Source: a bacterium (lineage in GTDB: Bacteria; Patescibacteriota; JABMPQ01; JAQVVF01). Taken from it: 31,709 nt of DNA. The position numbers were made by a program, and so were the translations under genes. The stretch covers positions 1 through 31,709 of the forward strand of contig JAUWOX010000001.1 of NCBI GenBank assembly GCA_030611905.1. Reading direction: 5' to 3'. Each line of letters opens with the position of its first letter. Positions within the stretch are counted from its first letter, which is position 1. Positions 15,240-23,813 of the stretch are shown here, one piece after another. A model generated the notes under the pieces. It ran no database searches and had not been told where the DNA came from. It saw only the letters and a program-made list of their open reading frames with translations.

Positions 15240-16439
15240 CTAGCCAGCCAGAAGGAAATATATTAGTGCTATCGCAACAAGCAGTGTCATCATTAAAAAA
15301 ACGATTAGGGTCCCTTTTTTCTTTTTATCTTTGGAATGAAATTGACTTAGGTTCATCCCATATATAGCGGCTACAAAGGATAGTAGGAATAATACTGTAG
15401 AAAAAATGGTTAAGAATTTTAAAATATGGTTAGTATCGTGACTGAAAATCGAAAGATAAAAATTCACCATGTCTGAAGCGATGGTCCAAAAAATTTCAAT
15501 GGTGCTGTTAAGATATTCTATATTTTCATATGTTGCGTGAAAATAATTCTTTACTTCAGATGAGACTAACGGATAATCATAGGTAGACAAATTATATACT
15601 ACATCGCGTATTGGCCAGATTACCTGGCGCCCAACTGTTAATTCGCGTTTTACAATATAAATACCTTTGAGTATGTCCTCATTGGGTGAATCCATTAGTT
15701 GTTTTTCTAAAACATCAATTTGCTCGTTAACAATTTCTAGTGCTGGAAAATAACTATCAACGACGGTATCAATTAGAACAAACGCTAAATAATCACTGCC
15801 CATTTTAGACATAAGCCCTCTTTTCTTGGCCAGTTGATCATAAACTAAATCAAAGTCTTTGTCACTATTTGCTTGAAAAGAGATAACATAATTATTGCCC
15901 CAAACCAAGTTTATTTGTTCTAATTGCATTGCATCTACACTAGAACTTTCATCGATCATTTTCAAAGACACAAAAATATAGTTATCATTTTCCCGAATAT
16001 CTGGACGCTTGGTTGTATTCGCAATATCTGCTTGTTCTATAGGCGACAGGTCAAAAGCTGTACCAAATTCCTTGATAATTTTTTCATCATGAACGCCACT
16101 GACATCAATCCAAGTAACAAAACCATCTTCAACCAGTTCTCTGGCAGCAGCCGGTGTGTCCACTTCTGTCTCTTCAAAAGAATTTTCATTGTATTTGACA
16201 ACTCTGATTGTAACTGGTTCGGTTTTTTCTTTTCCAATATATCGGACCTCTCCCGGTGGGCCTGAGAGATCTTCTTCTTGAGGCAGCTCAATGTCAGACA
16301 AATCATTAGTTGACCCCAACTGCATATCGGCGAAATAAGAATCTTGGGCCTTAGCTATCTTATTTGAGGAAATGACAAAAACTAAACCAACCACTGCTAA
16401 TACAGTAAATACCATTTGAATAATTTTTTTTGTTTTCAT
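15240..16439 (-). CDS. corA: CorA-family Mg2+/Co2+ channel with an N-terminal signal-peptide-like extension
   Basis: GPPGEVRYIG, WIDVSG, DYLAFVLID..VDSYF, IWPIRD and YGMN signature, two C-terminal TM helices. Confidence 0.88.
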   Translation of the reverse strand: MKTKKIIQMVFTVLAVVGLVFVISSNKIAKAQDSYFADMQLGSTNDLSDIELPQEEDLSGPPGEVRYIGKEKTEPVTIRVVKYNENSFEETEVDTPAAARELVEDGFVTWIDVSGVHDEKIIKEFGTAFDLSPIEQADIANTTKRPDIRENDNYIFVSLKMIDESSSVDAMQLEQINLVWGNNYVISFQANSDKDFDLVYDQLAKKRGLMSKMGSDYLAFVLIDTVVDSYFPALEIVNEQIDVLEKQLMDSPNEDILKGIYIVKRELTVGRQVIWPIRDVVYNLSTYDYPLVSSEVKNYFHATYENIEYLNSTIEIFWTIASDMVNFYLSIFSHDTNHILKFLTIFSTVLFLLSFVAAIYGMNLSQFHSKDKKKKGTLIVFLMMTLLVAIALIYFLLAG

Positions 16440-16555
16440 GTTTTTGTTTTTACGATATCATAAATATCTGATCAGTATTATATGGAAGTAAATAATGATA
16501 ATTAATAATATCTTTATTTTGAAGGCAAGTCGAAATTCTTTGGTTAAAAACGGAT

Positions 16556-16580
16556 TTATCCGCCGGAGTCCTGCCGAAGG
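16556..16580. repeat. REP-like element, reverse orientation, next to the 3' end of tRNA-Ser(TGA)
   Basis: ttatccgccggagtcctgccgaagg resembles the reverse complement of the 8826 and 21138 elements. Confidence 0.5.
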
Positions 16581-16589
16581 CACGCCGAA

Positions 16590-16678
16590 GGCGGAACGGG
16601 TGGGATTCGAACCCACGGTCCCTGTTAAGAGACTCCGGTTTTCAAGACCGGTCCCGTAAGCCACTTGGGTACCCTTCC
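16590..16678 (-). tRNA. tRNA-Ser (TGA)
   Basis: Reverse complement GGAAGGGTACCCAAGTGG...CCGGT-CTTGAAA-ACCGG, long variable arm, GTGGG-TTCGAAT-CCCAC, G73. Confidence 0.95.
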
Positions 16679-16780
16679 ATTACGAAAATTCCAAATTACA
16701 AATAAATTATAAATCAAAATGACTAAAATTTCAAATATTGCGTTTTAGTATTTTGAATTTGTGATTTGTGATTTTAAATA
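16679..16780. repeat. Heptamer-built (NNCAAAT-type) imperfect inverted repeat in the tRNA-Ser spacer
   Basis: aaaattccaaattacaa at 16685-16701 is identical to 7042-7058; right arm made of atttgtg/attttga units. Confidence 0.7.
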
Positions 16781-16865
16781 CGGAGAGAGCGGGATTCGAA
16801 CCCGCGATGAGTTTCCCCATACACGCTTTCCAAGCGTGCGCCTTAAACCGCTCGGCCATCTCTCC
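16781..16865 (-). tRNA. tRNA-Ser (GGA)
   Basis: Reverse complement GGAGAGATGGCCGAGCGG...CACGC-TTGGAAA-GCGTG, long variable arm, GCGGG-TTCGAAT-CCCGC, G73. Confidence 0.96.
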
Positions 16866-16867
16866 AT

Positions 16868-16894
16868 AAAAAAAGAAGTCCGTTTACCGGACTT
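16868..16894 (-). terminator. Intrinsic terminator ending 2 nt before tRNA-Ser(GGA)
   Basis: On the minus strand: aagtccg-gtaaa-cggactt-c-T7. Confidence 0.75.
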
Positions 16895-16951
16895 TAACTT
16901 GAAAAAGAACTATCTTTGTTGTGTAGGACTCTACAAAATACTAAACTGGGC

Positions 16952-17143
16952 TTACCTGCCTCTTTTTCCACAAATCCTCGTGCTTGCACATGGTCTTACA
17001 GGAGTCTTCCGGCGCCCCCGAGGAGGTGCGATGGGGGGAAGTTTGTGAGCACCATGGACGACGAATAGGCCATCAGGTCCACGCTCGGAACTGATGAGCT
17101 CTGGGACGAGTGAGGATGCGGCGAGGACGGACTTATCAGACAT
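16952..17143 (-). CDS. Possible 63-aa small protein or leader peptide (or an ORF within a structured RNA)
   Basis: Preceded by AAGGAGG (17148-17154) and a promoter, followed by a terminator; about 59% GC counted over 16981-17140. Confidence 0.45.
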   Translation of the reverse strand: MSDKSVLAASSLVPELISSERGPDGLFVVHGAHKLPPIAPPRGRRKTPVRPCASTRICGKRGR

Positions 17144-17174
17144 GGCTCCTCCTTGGTTAAACGAACATATTTAT

Positions 17175-17202
17175 ATGATAATACATCAGATATTGATGTC
17201 AA
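17175..17202 (-). promoter_or_regulatory. Sigma70 promoter with an overlapping palindromic operator-like site
   Basis: TTGACA (17202-17197)-N16-TATCAT (17180-17175). The inverted repeat ACATCA-N5-TGATGT at 17183-17199 covers the spacer and part of the -35. Confidence 0.65.
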
Positions 17203-17306
17203 GGGTAATTTTCGCCTAAATTATATAAAATAGAATGGCTTAAACAAGCCAAAAATTGTGATAAATGCCTGCATGCCGATAGGCGAGTCAGGCGTTAAAA
17301 TAGGGA

Positions 17307-19676
17307 TTATTTTTCTATTTTTAGTATTTCTAGAGTAGTTTTAAACACTGCGTCTGGACTAAGGGAAATAGAGTCAATTTTATTTTTAACTAGAAATTGG
17401 GCAAATTCCGGGAAGGTTGATGGCGCATCACCGCAGATGCCGATTTTTATTTTATGGCGATGGGCGGCTTTGATTACTTGGCTGACTAGGATTTTGACTG
17501 CCTGATTTCTTTCATCAAAAATATGACTAATTAATTCTGAATCTCGATCAACGCCTAGAGTGAGTTGAGTCAAATCATTGGTGCCAATAGAAAAACCATC
17601 AAATAGCTTGGCGAATTCATCTGCCAAAATAACATTAGACGGAATTTCTATCATAACATAAACTTCTAAACCATTTTTATTTTGATCAAGTCCTTCTTCT
17701 TTCATGATATCTAAAACTTTTTTTCCTTCTTCTGGAGTCCGACAAAATGGAATCATTATTTTGACATTAGTAAAGCCCATTTTATCACGAAGCTTTTTAA
17801 AAGCTTGACATTCCATTTGGAAGGCTGGTTTATATTTTGGATCATAATAACGAGAAGCTCCGCGCCAGCCAATCATGGGATTGGGTTCTTGTGGTTCAAA
17901 TTCCTGACCGCCGATCAGCGAGGCATATTCATTGGATTTAAAATCTGAAGTACGAACAATAACTTCTTTGGGGTAAAAGGCGGCGGCAATTCTACCCATG
18001 CCCCAAGCAAGTTGATCAATAAAATATTGTGATTTGTCTTTATAGTTTTGAGTTAATTTGGCAATCTTTTGTTTAGCTTTCTCATTTTTGAGGTTCTGAT
18101 AATTCAAAAGAGCAAGCGGGTGAATTTTAATAAAATTGGCAATAATAAATTCCTCTCTAGCTAAACCAACTCCTTCATTGGGAATAAAAGATAAGGCGAA
18201 AGCTTCACGAGGAATACCAATATTCATCATTATATTGGTTTTAGATTTTTTAAATTTTTTTAAATTAATTTTCTTGGCTTTGACTGGTAATAATCCCTGG
18301 TAAACGCGCCCCACTTCTCCTTCGGCACAATTAACTGTTATTTCTTGTCCGTCCTTTAGGGTTTTAGTAGCTTGTTGAGTCCCAACGATGCAGGGAATTC
18401 CTAGTTCGCGGGAAACTATGGCGGCATGACAAGTGCGTCCTCCACTATTGGTAACTATGGCCTTAGCCTGACGCATTATCGGCTCCCAATCAGGATCAGT
18501 AATATCAGTGACCAAAACTTCTCCTTTTTTAAATTTGTTAATCTCCTTTACGTCTATAATTTTTCTTACTTTGCCTTGCCCAATTCTGGATCCAACTGCT
18601 GCGCCTTCTAATAGTAATTTTCCTTTTTTGCCAAGTGAATACTCTTCATAAATATTTTCTTTTTTAGCAGAATGAATGGTTTCTGGTCGAGCCTGAACAA
18701 TGTATAATTTATTGTCTAAACCGTCTTTGGCCCATTCAATGTCCATGGGTCTTTTGTAATGTTTTTCTATGGTTATCCCAAATCTGGCAAGTTTTAAAAT
18801 TTCATTATCACTGAGTGCAAATTTGATTCTTTTTTCTTCGGGTACTAAAGTATTTTTAGTAGGATTGCTCAAATCATTGGTATAAATTAGGGCTTTCTTC
18901 TTTCTGCCTAAGGTTTTACCGACAATAGGCTTGAATTCTTTCTGTAATAATTCCTTGTGAACAAAATATTCATCAGGAGTAACTTGGCCCTTAACTATGT
19001 TTTCTCCCAGACCATAAGCGGCATTAATTACTACTACATTTTCGAATCCTGACTCGGGGTCAATGGTAAACATGACGCCAGCGATAGATTTATCTGAACG
19101 AACCATTTTTTGAATACTAACCGATAGAGCAACATTAAATAAACTAATTTTCTTGTCTAAGCGATAAGAAATAGAACGATTGGTAAATAAAGAAGCCATG
19201 CATTTTTTGCAGGCTTGAAGCAAGGCTTGATCCCCTTTTATGTTTAAATATGTTTCTTGCTGTCCGGCAAAAGATGCAGTGGGAGCGTCTTCAGCTGTGG
19301 CGCTGGAACGAACAGCAACATCTAGATTTTGTTTTTTATATTCTTGGCTTATTTTTCGATAAGCTTGTTTTATTTCTTTTTCTAAGTCTTTCGGAAATTG
19401 AGCTTGGATAATGGTCTGACGGATCTGGCCGCCTCGTTTGATCAATTCCTGAACATCTTCTTTACTAATTCCTGCTAAAATTTCTTTTATTTTATTTTTA
19501 ATTCCAGCTTTTTTTAGAAAATACCAGTAAGCATCTGCAGTAATGGCAAGGCCATTGGGGACACGGATGTTTTCTTGGCTAAGTTTTTGATACATTTCGC
19601 CCAAAGACGCATTTTTCCCGCCAACGAGTGGGACGTCTTTCATTGACAAGTCTTTGAACCAACGAATATATTGCAT
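17307..19676 (-). CDS. ppsA: Phosphoenolpyruvate synthase (pyruvate, water dikinase)
   Basis: VGGKNASLGEM, VAVRSSATAED, FAGQQETYLN, GGRTCHAAIVSRELG (phospho-His), FSIGTNDLTQ. Confidence 0.96.
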   Translation of the reverse strand: MQYIRWFKDLSMKDVPLVGGKNASLGEMYQKLSQENIRVPNGLAITADAYWYFLKKAGIKNKIKEILAGISKEDVQELIKRGGQIRQTIIQAQFPKDLEKEIKQAYRKISQEYKKQNLDVAVRSSATAEDAPTASFAGQQETYLNIKGDQALLQACKKCMASLFTNRSISYRLDKKISLFNVALSVSIQKMVRSDKSIAGVMFTIDPESGFENVVVINAAYGLGENIVKGQVTPDEYFVHKELLQKEFKPIVGKTLGRKKKALIYTNDLSNPTKNTLVPEEKRIKFALSDNEILKLARFGITIEKHYKRPMDIEWAKDGLDNKLYIVQARPETIHSAKKENIYEEYSLGKKGKLLLEGAAVGSRIGQGKVRKIIDVKEINKFKKGEVLVTDITDPDWEPIMRQAKAIVTNSGGRTCHAAIVSRELGIPCIVGTQQATKTLKDGQEITVNCAEGEVGRVYQGLLPVKAKKINLKKFKKSKTNIMMNIGIPREAFALSFIPNEGVGLAREEFIIANFIKIHPLALLNYQNLKNEKAKQKIAKLTQNYKDKSQYFIDQLAWGMGRIAAAFYPKEVIVRTSDFKSNEYASLIGGQEFEPQEPNPMIGWRGASRYYDPKYKPAFQMECQAFKKLRDKMGFTNVKIMIPFCRTPEEGKKVLDIMKEEGLDQNKNGLEVYVMIEIPSNVILADEFAKLFDGFSIGTNDLTQLTLGVDRDSELISHIFDERNQAVKILVSQVIKAAHRHKIKIGICGDAPSTFPEFAQFLVKNKIDSISLSPDAVFKTTLEILKIEK

Positions 19677-21103
19677 TATTTTATTTCTTTTATTTCTACA
19701 AGGTTAACTCCGGATCGTCCGACTGGTTCGCCAGCAATAATAATTATTTTGTCTTGTTTTTTTACTTTTTTTTCTTTTTGCAAATAACCTAGTGATCGAT
19801 CAATTAATTCTTCAATTGATTTGCAAGTGGGAAGTAAAAACGGAATAATGCCCCAAGATAAATTGAGCTGGCGGCGGACTCTTTGATTATCTGTTGTAAC
19901 ATAAATTGGTAATTCGGGTCGATAGCGGCAAACAATTCGAGCGGTATATCCTGACAAGGAAGCAACTAATATTAATCTGGCGTTAACACTGGAAGCTAAA
20001 ATATTAGCAACTTCACTAATGGCGGTATCTATTGGCAATTTTTTTAACATCCCCTGTAAAACCAAGTCATCATATTCTGATTTTTCAGTTTTGCTGACTA
20101 TTTTAGTCATTGTTTCAACGCTTAGAACTGGAAATTTACCAGTGGCTGACTCTGCGGAAAGCATGACTGCATCAGTATGATCAATAACAGCATTGGCAAC
20201 ATCAGACACTTCGGCGCGGGTTGGTTTAGGATTTTCAATCATAGAATTCAGCATTTGAGTGGCAACAATAACTGGCTTGGCGGCCGCTAAACATAGGTCG
20301 ATCATTTTTTTCTGATGCAAGGGAACGTCTTCGGCAGGCAATTCAATTCCCAAATCGCCGCGAGCAACCATTATTCCATCAACTGCTTCAATAATTTCTT
20401 TGATATTATGAACTGCTTCTTTCCTTTCAATCTTGGCAATGGTCATGATTGGTGCTCGTTTCTCTTCTTCTTTTTTTGGTGCGAATTCTTTAATTAAATA
20501 TTTTAAATCATAAATGTCTTTGGCACGGGACACAAAAGAAAGCGCTATAAAATCGACATTATTTTTAATAGCAAATTTAAGGTCTTTTTTATCTTTTTCT
20601 GTAATTGGCGCAATGGATAATTTAGTATCAGGAAAATTCATTCCGCGATGAGTTTTAAGAAGACCGCCGCGAACTACTTGGCAATAAACATCTTCTTGAT
20701 TTATTTTTTTTACTTTTAATTCTATCAAGCCGTCGTCAATCAGAATACGTTCATTGGAACTAATATCATGAGCTAATTTTTTATAGGTTACAGGGATTTT
20801 TCCTGCTTGATGGTCTTGAGCATTAAGAATAATCTCTTGGTCTTTCTTTATTTCTATTCCCTTTTCAGACAGCTGGCCAGTTCTAATGCGCGGACCTTGT
20901 AAGTCGGCCATAACGGCGATGGGTAGATTCAATTCTTGGCCAATCTGTTTGATGTTGCTAATCAATTCTTGATGATGTTGATAGGTTCCATGAGAAAAAT
21001 TAAGCCGGCAAACATTCATGCCTGCTTTAACCATTTTTAAAAGCACATCTTTTGATTCAGATGCGGGCCCAATTGTACAAATTATTTTTGTTCTTTTGTC
21101 CAT
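19676..21103 (-). CDS. pyk: Pyruvate kinase
   Basis: RTKIICTIGPAS, RLNFSHG, DLQGP, IAKIER, MVARGDLG, ATQML, PTRAEVSDVANA. Start moved to the MDKRTK Met at 21103. Confidence 0.96.
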   Translation of the reverse strand: MDKRTKIICTIGPASESKDVLLKMVKAGMNVCRLNFSHGTYQHHQELISNIKQIGQELNLPIAVMADLQGPRIRTGQLSEKGIEIKKDQEIILNAQDHQAGKIPVTYKKLAHDISSNERILIDDGLIELKVKKINQEDVYCQVVRGGLLKTHRGMNFPDTKLSIAPITEKDKKDLKFAIKNNVDFIALSFVSRAKDIYDLKYLIKEFAPKKEEEKRAPIMTIAKIERKEAVHNIKEIIEAVDGIMVARGDLGIELPAEDVPLHQKKMIDLCLAAAKPVIVATQMLNSMIENPKPTRAEVSDVANAVIDHTDAVMLSAESATGKFPVLSVETMTKIVSKTEKSEYDDLVLQGMLKKLPIDTAISEVANILASSVNARLILVASLSGYTARIVCRYRPELPIYVTTDNQRVRRQLNLSWGIIPFLLPTCKSIEELIDRSLGYLQKEKKVKKQDKIIIIAGEPVGRSGVNLVEIKEIK

Positions 21104-21325
21104 AATATATAATACGAATTTACGAATAATGCGAATGATCCACCTTTGCTTGCGAGCTCCGGCGGACAAGTGCGAATATGCGAATTGTCAATTTACTTTG
21201 AAAGAGCGGGGCATGTAACCCCGCCCAGATCAAAAAATAATATACTATTTTTTATTCACGAATTAGTGAGATTCGTGGCCTCGAACGCCATAGCGCGAGG
21301 GGCATTCGTGCATATTCACGCAACA
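21104..21325. repeat. Composite intergenic repeat: NNCGAAT-type heptamer arms with nested GC-rich hairpins and a REP-like copy
   Basis: tacgaat/tgcgaat units on the left and attcgtg/attcacg on the right; REP-like copy at 21138-21170; hairpins at 21206-21224 and 21279-21300. Confidence 0.6.
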
Positions 21326-21634
21326 CTAGAATTTGAATTTTTCAGCTAAATCTCCAACTAATGGAAGCTTAGTCCATTTTCCTGTAGCCGCATTGACAAT
21401 TCCCCAAATACTGAAAACAATTAGAATGATATCAAGGATAAAGCCGATAAAGACAAAGGACAATAACCATGCTATTACCCAGGCAATTAATAGAACTAAT
21501 CCTTGCTTAGCGTGAAACATGGCAAATTTGCTGTCTTTTTTAGCTAATAGAGGAACAACTACTAAGATACCTAGATAAGACAAAACAGCGAAAATTTTAT
21601 TTTCTTCCACGTCTCTTGAACTTGTTTCTGGCAT
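21326..21634 (-). CDS. DUF4870-family small membrane protein
   Basis: AVLSYLGILVVVPLL.KKDS.FA.FHAKQGL...GIVNA..GK...LP..G signature. Confidence 0.85.
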   Translation of the reverse strand: MPETSSRDVEENKIFAVLSYLGILVVVPLLAKKDSKFAMFHAKQGLVLLIAWVIAWLLSFVFIGFILDIILIVFSIWGIVNAATGKWTKLPLVGDLAEKFKF

Positions 21635-21671
21635 ACACTCACCCCCTTTCTTTGATAAAAAAATTTTTCAT

Positions 21672-22133
21672 TTACTTTATTATTTTAGCTGTAATTAAAC
21701 CATTAATCAAGTAGATAACTAAGCCTTCAAAGAGCCAATAAACCAGTAAATTTATCGGTAAATTGACAAGAAGAAGCAATGCGAGAAAGAATGACACACC
21801 AACTAGCAAAAATACTAAAAAGCCATACATCAATCCTTTTTGGATAGGAATTTGTCCAGGGATGCCGTTTTTTATAATTGCATATACTGAAACAAAAATT
21901 GAAGCGTTGATTAGAGCGAAGGCCAATCCCAGAAGAGTAAAACTTAATGGCGGTGGTCCAGCTACCGGCATCATAAAAACTGACCAGACTTTATGATATT
22001 GCGGATCCATGTAATATGTCATGGTAACCATGGCTCCAATAAAATGAATAACTTGTGAAATAATCATGTAAATTATAGCGGTGATGATTATTTTTCCCAG
22101 AGGAAGATTCTTGCTTGATATTTCTTTTGCCAT
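21672..22133 (-). CDS. Hypothetical membrane protein, about four TM
   Basis: 153 aa, four hydrophobic segments, co-oriented with neighbours. Confidence 0.7.
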   Translation of the reverse strand: MAKEISSKNLPLGKIIITAIIYMIISQVIHFIGAMVTMTYYMDPQYHKVWSVFMMPVAGPPPLSFTLLGLAFALINASIFVSVYAIIKNGIPGQIPIQKGLMYGFLVFLLVGVSFFLALLLLVNLPINLLVYWLFEGLVIYLINGLITAKIIK

Positions 22134-22155
22134 GCTTTAAAAGATTATTATATTA

Positions 22156-22626
22156 TTAACGCTGGACTGAAATTGCACCGGAATAAGCTGTACAGGCACC
22201 GACGGTGACAATTCCTCCTGCTGCGCGCTGAACATAATAGCCTGTTTTGCCGCTAGAACCTATCGTCGGATCTTCTGGAATAGAACCAAGATAATTATTA
22301 GTGACGAGGTCTGTTAAATTAAGGCAAGCGGCTTGAGTAGCTTGAGCAGTACAATTATTGCAACCAGCTGCATCTGTCCCTAATTGATAATAATTGGTTG
22401 CTGCCCACGTTGCTTGATTTGGAAAAGTTCCAGAATTGTCAACAATAGATTGCTGTATTGCACCTAAGATTGAGTTAACTTCACTCCATCTTTGAGAATC
22501 ATTGGCATCGCCAATTCTTTTGGCGGGATTTAGAGCAACGAAAATGGCTGCGGCAATAATAATAATAATTGCGATGACAAGAATTAACTCAATTAAAGTA
22601 AAGCCTTTTTGTTTTAATTTTTTCAT
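22156..22626 (-). CDS. Type IV pilin, probably the major pilin
   Basis: KG|FTLIELILVIAII class III signal peptide, Cys residues in the C-terminal half; overlaps the pilM stop by ATGA. Confidence 0.9.
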   Translation of the reverse strand: MKKLKQKGFTLIELILVIAIIIIIAAAIFVALNPAKRIGDANDSQRWSEVNSILGAIQQSIVDNSGTFPNQATWAATNYYQLGTDAAGCNNCTAQATQAACLNLTDLVTNNYLGSIPEDPTIGSSGKTGYYVQRAAGGIVTVGACTAYSGAISVQR

Positions 22627-23693
22627 TTTATATTTTTTAATAAATTAATTCCTAGTTTGTGAGGATTTTTTTCAAGGCCACGGAGGGCTAAACCAGCGAC
22701 TGTAGCATAAAAAATCTTATCTGTGATTTTTTGCTGACTTTTTATTTTAGTAAAAGGATTGCCTATTTCTGATGTAATATTTATATTTTTTGCAAGATAA
22801 TCAGATATTTTAGGCATTAAGGCCGAACCTCCGCAAAGGATAATTTTGGAAATTTTGCGACCGGTCTTGTCTTGATAATAGTTAATATCTTTTTTAACAG
22901 CGGCTAGAAGTTCTTGAATGGTTTTTTGCAGAACAAGCATAACTTTTCCTTCTTCGGCGACTGGATCTAAGCCATAACTCTTTTTGAATTCCTCAGCTTC
23001 CTGAAAGGACAAGTCCCATTTTGTAGCGATTGATTCCGTAAAAGTGTTACCGGCAATTGAGATATTATTAGTAAATCTGATATTACAGTAATCATAAATA
23101 CTGATAATAGTTGTTCGTCCTCCTATATCAATTATAGCATAAGCATCGTTCATATTACAATTGCCAATCAAAGATCGAACCATGCAGGCGGATTCAAAAT
23201 CGACTATTTCCAAATCTAGATTAGCGTTTTTGAAAACTTCTATAAAATCATTCAAAATATCTTTTTGCACAGCGGCAAACAGTATTTCATAGTAATCTTC
23301 GTAATCCAAAACAGTCTTGTAATCATAATAAATTTCTTTTAACTGGAAAGGTATAATCTCTTGAACTTTCTGTAAAATTTCCTTATTGAGATTTTCTTGT
23401 TGTATTTTTTTAGAAATTTTGACATGTGTTAAAATCAGCTTTGATTCTGGAAGAGCAAAGAGGCAGCTGGTAGTAGATATTTTTTTGGGCTGTGTTTGAG
23501 CGATAGCTTGTTTGATAGCTTCAGTTAATAATTTTTTATTTACAACCTGGCCATTTTTGATTATTTTGGTTTGTAAATCTAAATTGCCATATGAATTTAG
23601 AGTGGCTGAAGAAAAGGAACCCGAAAGCTCCATTGCCTTAATAGCATTGTCGGATATATCGATTCCAAAGTATTTTTTTCCAAAGATGGACAT
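22623..23693 (-). CDS. pilM: Type IV pilus assembly protein PilM (actin-like)
   Basis: GIDISDNAIK, IIDIGG.TT, IILCGGSA..P and A..GLALRG motifs. Confidence 0.9.
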   Translation of the reverse strand: MSIFGKKYFGIDISDNAIKAMELSGSFSSATLNSYGNLDLQTKIIKNGQVVNKKLLTEAIKQAIAQTQPKKISTTSCLFALPESKLILTHVKISKKIQQENLNKEILQKVQEIIPFQLKEIYYDYKTVLDYEDYYEILFAAVQKDILNDFIEVFKNANLDLEIVDFESACMVRSLIGNCNMNDAYAIIDIGGRTTIISIYDYCNIRFTNNISIAGNTFTESIATKWDLSFQEAEEFKKSYGLDPVAEEGKVMLVLQKTIQELLAAVKKDINYYQDKTGRKISKIILCGGSALMPKISDYLAKNINITSEIGNPFTKIKSQQKITDKIFYATVAGLALRGLEKNPHKLGINLLKNIK

Positions 23694-23813
23694 AATGTTG
23701 AAATTTCTAATATCTAATAAATAATTTCTAATTAATATCTAATTACTAATGCTCAATATCGAAATTTGTTATTAGTCATTAGAAATTGATTAGTAATTAG
23801 AAATTGGTAATTA
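23694..23813. repeat. Heptamer (NNCTAAT/ATTAGNN) inverted-repeat element
   Basis: Left arm ttctaat/atctaat/tactaat, centre atcgaaatt (23758-23766), right arm attagtc/attagaa/attagta. Confidence 0.85.

Noticed and set aside
16458-17048. ORFs 16458-16664 and 16761-17048
   Set aside because: They overlap clear tRNA-Ser genes and have no protein-like features.
16900-17170. RNase P RNA, tmRNA or SRP RNA
   Set aside because: No contiguous GAGGAAAGTCC with a matching 3' conserved region, no tRNA-like ends, and no CAGG-GNRA-AGCAG domain seen by eye. A covariance search is still advisable.
21104-21169. 22-aa N-terminal extension of pyruvate kinase
   Set aside because: It is read through heptamer and REP-like repeat DNA; homology begins at MDKRTK (21103).
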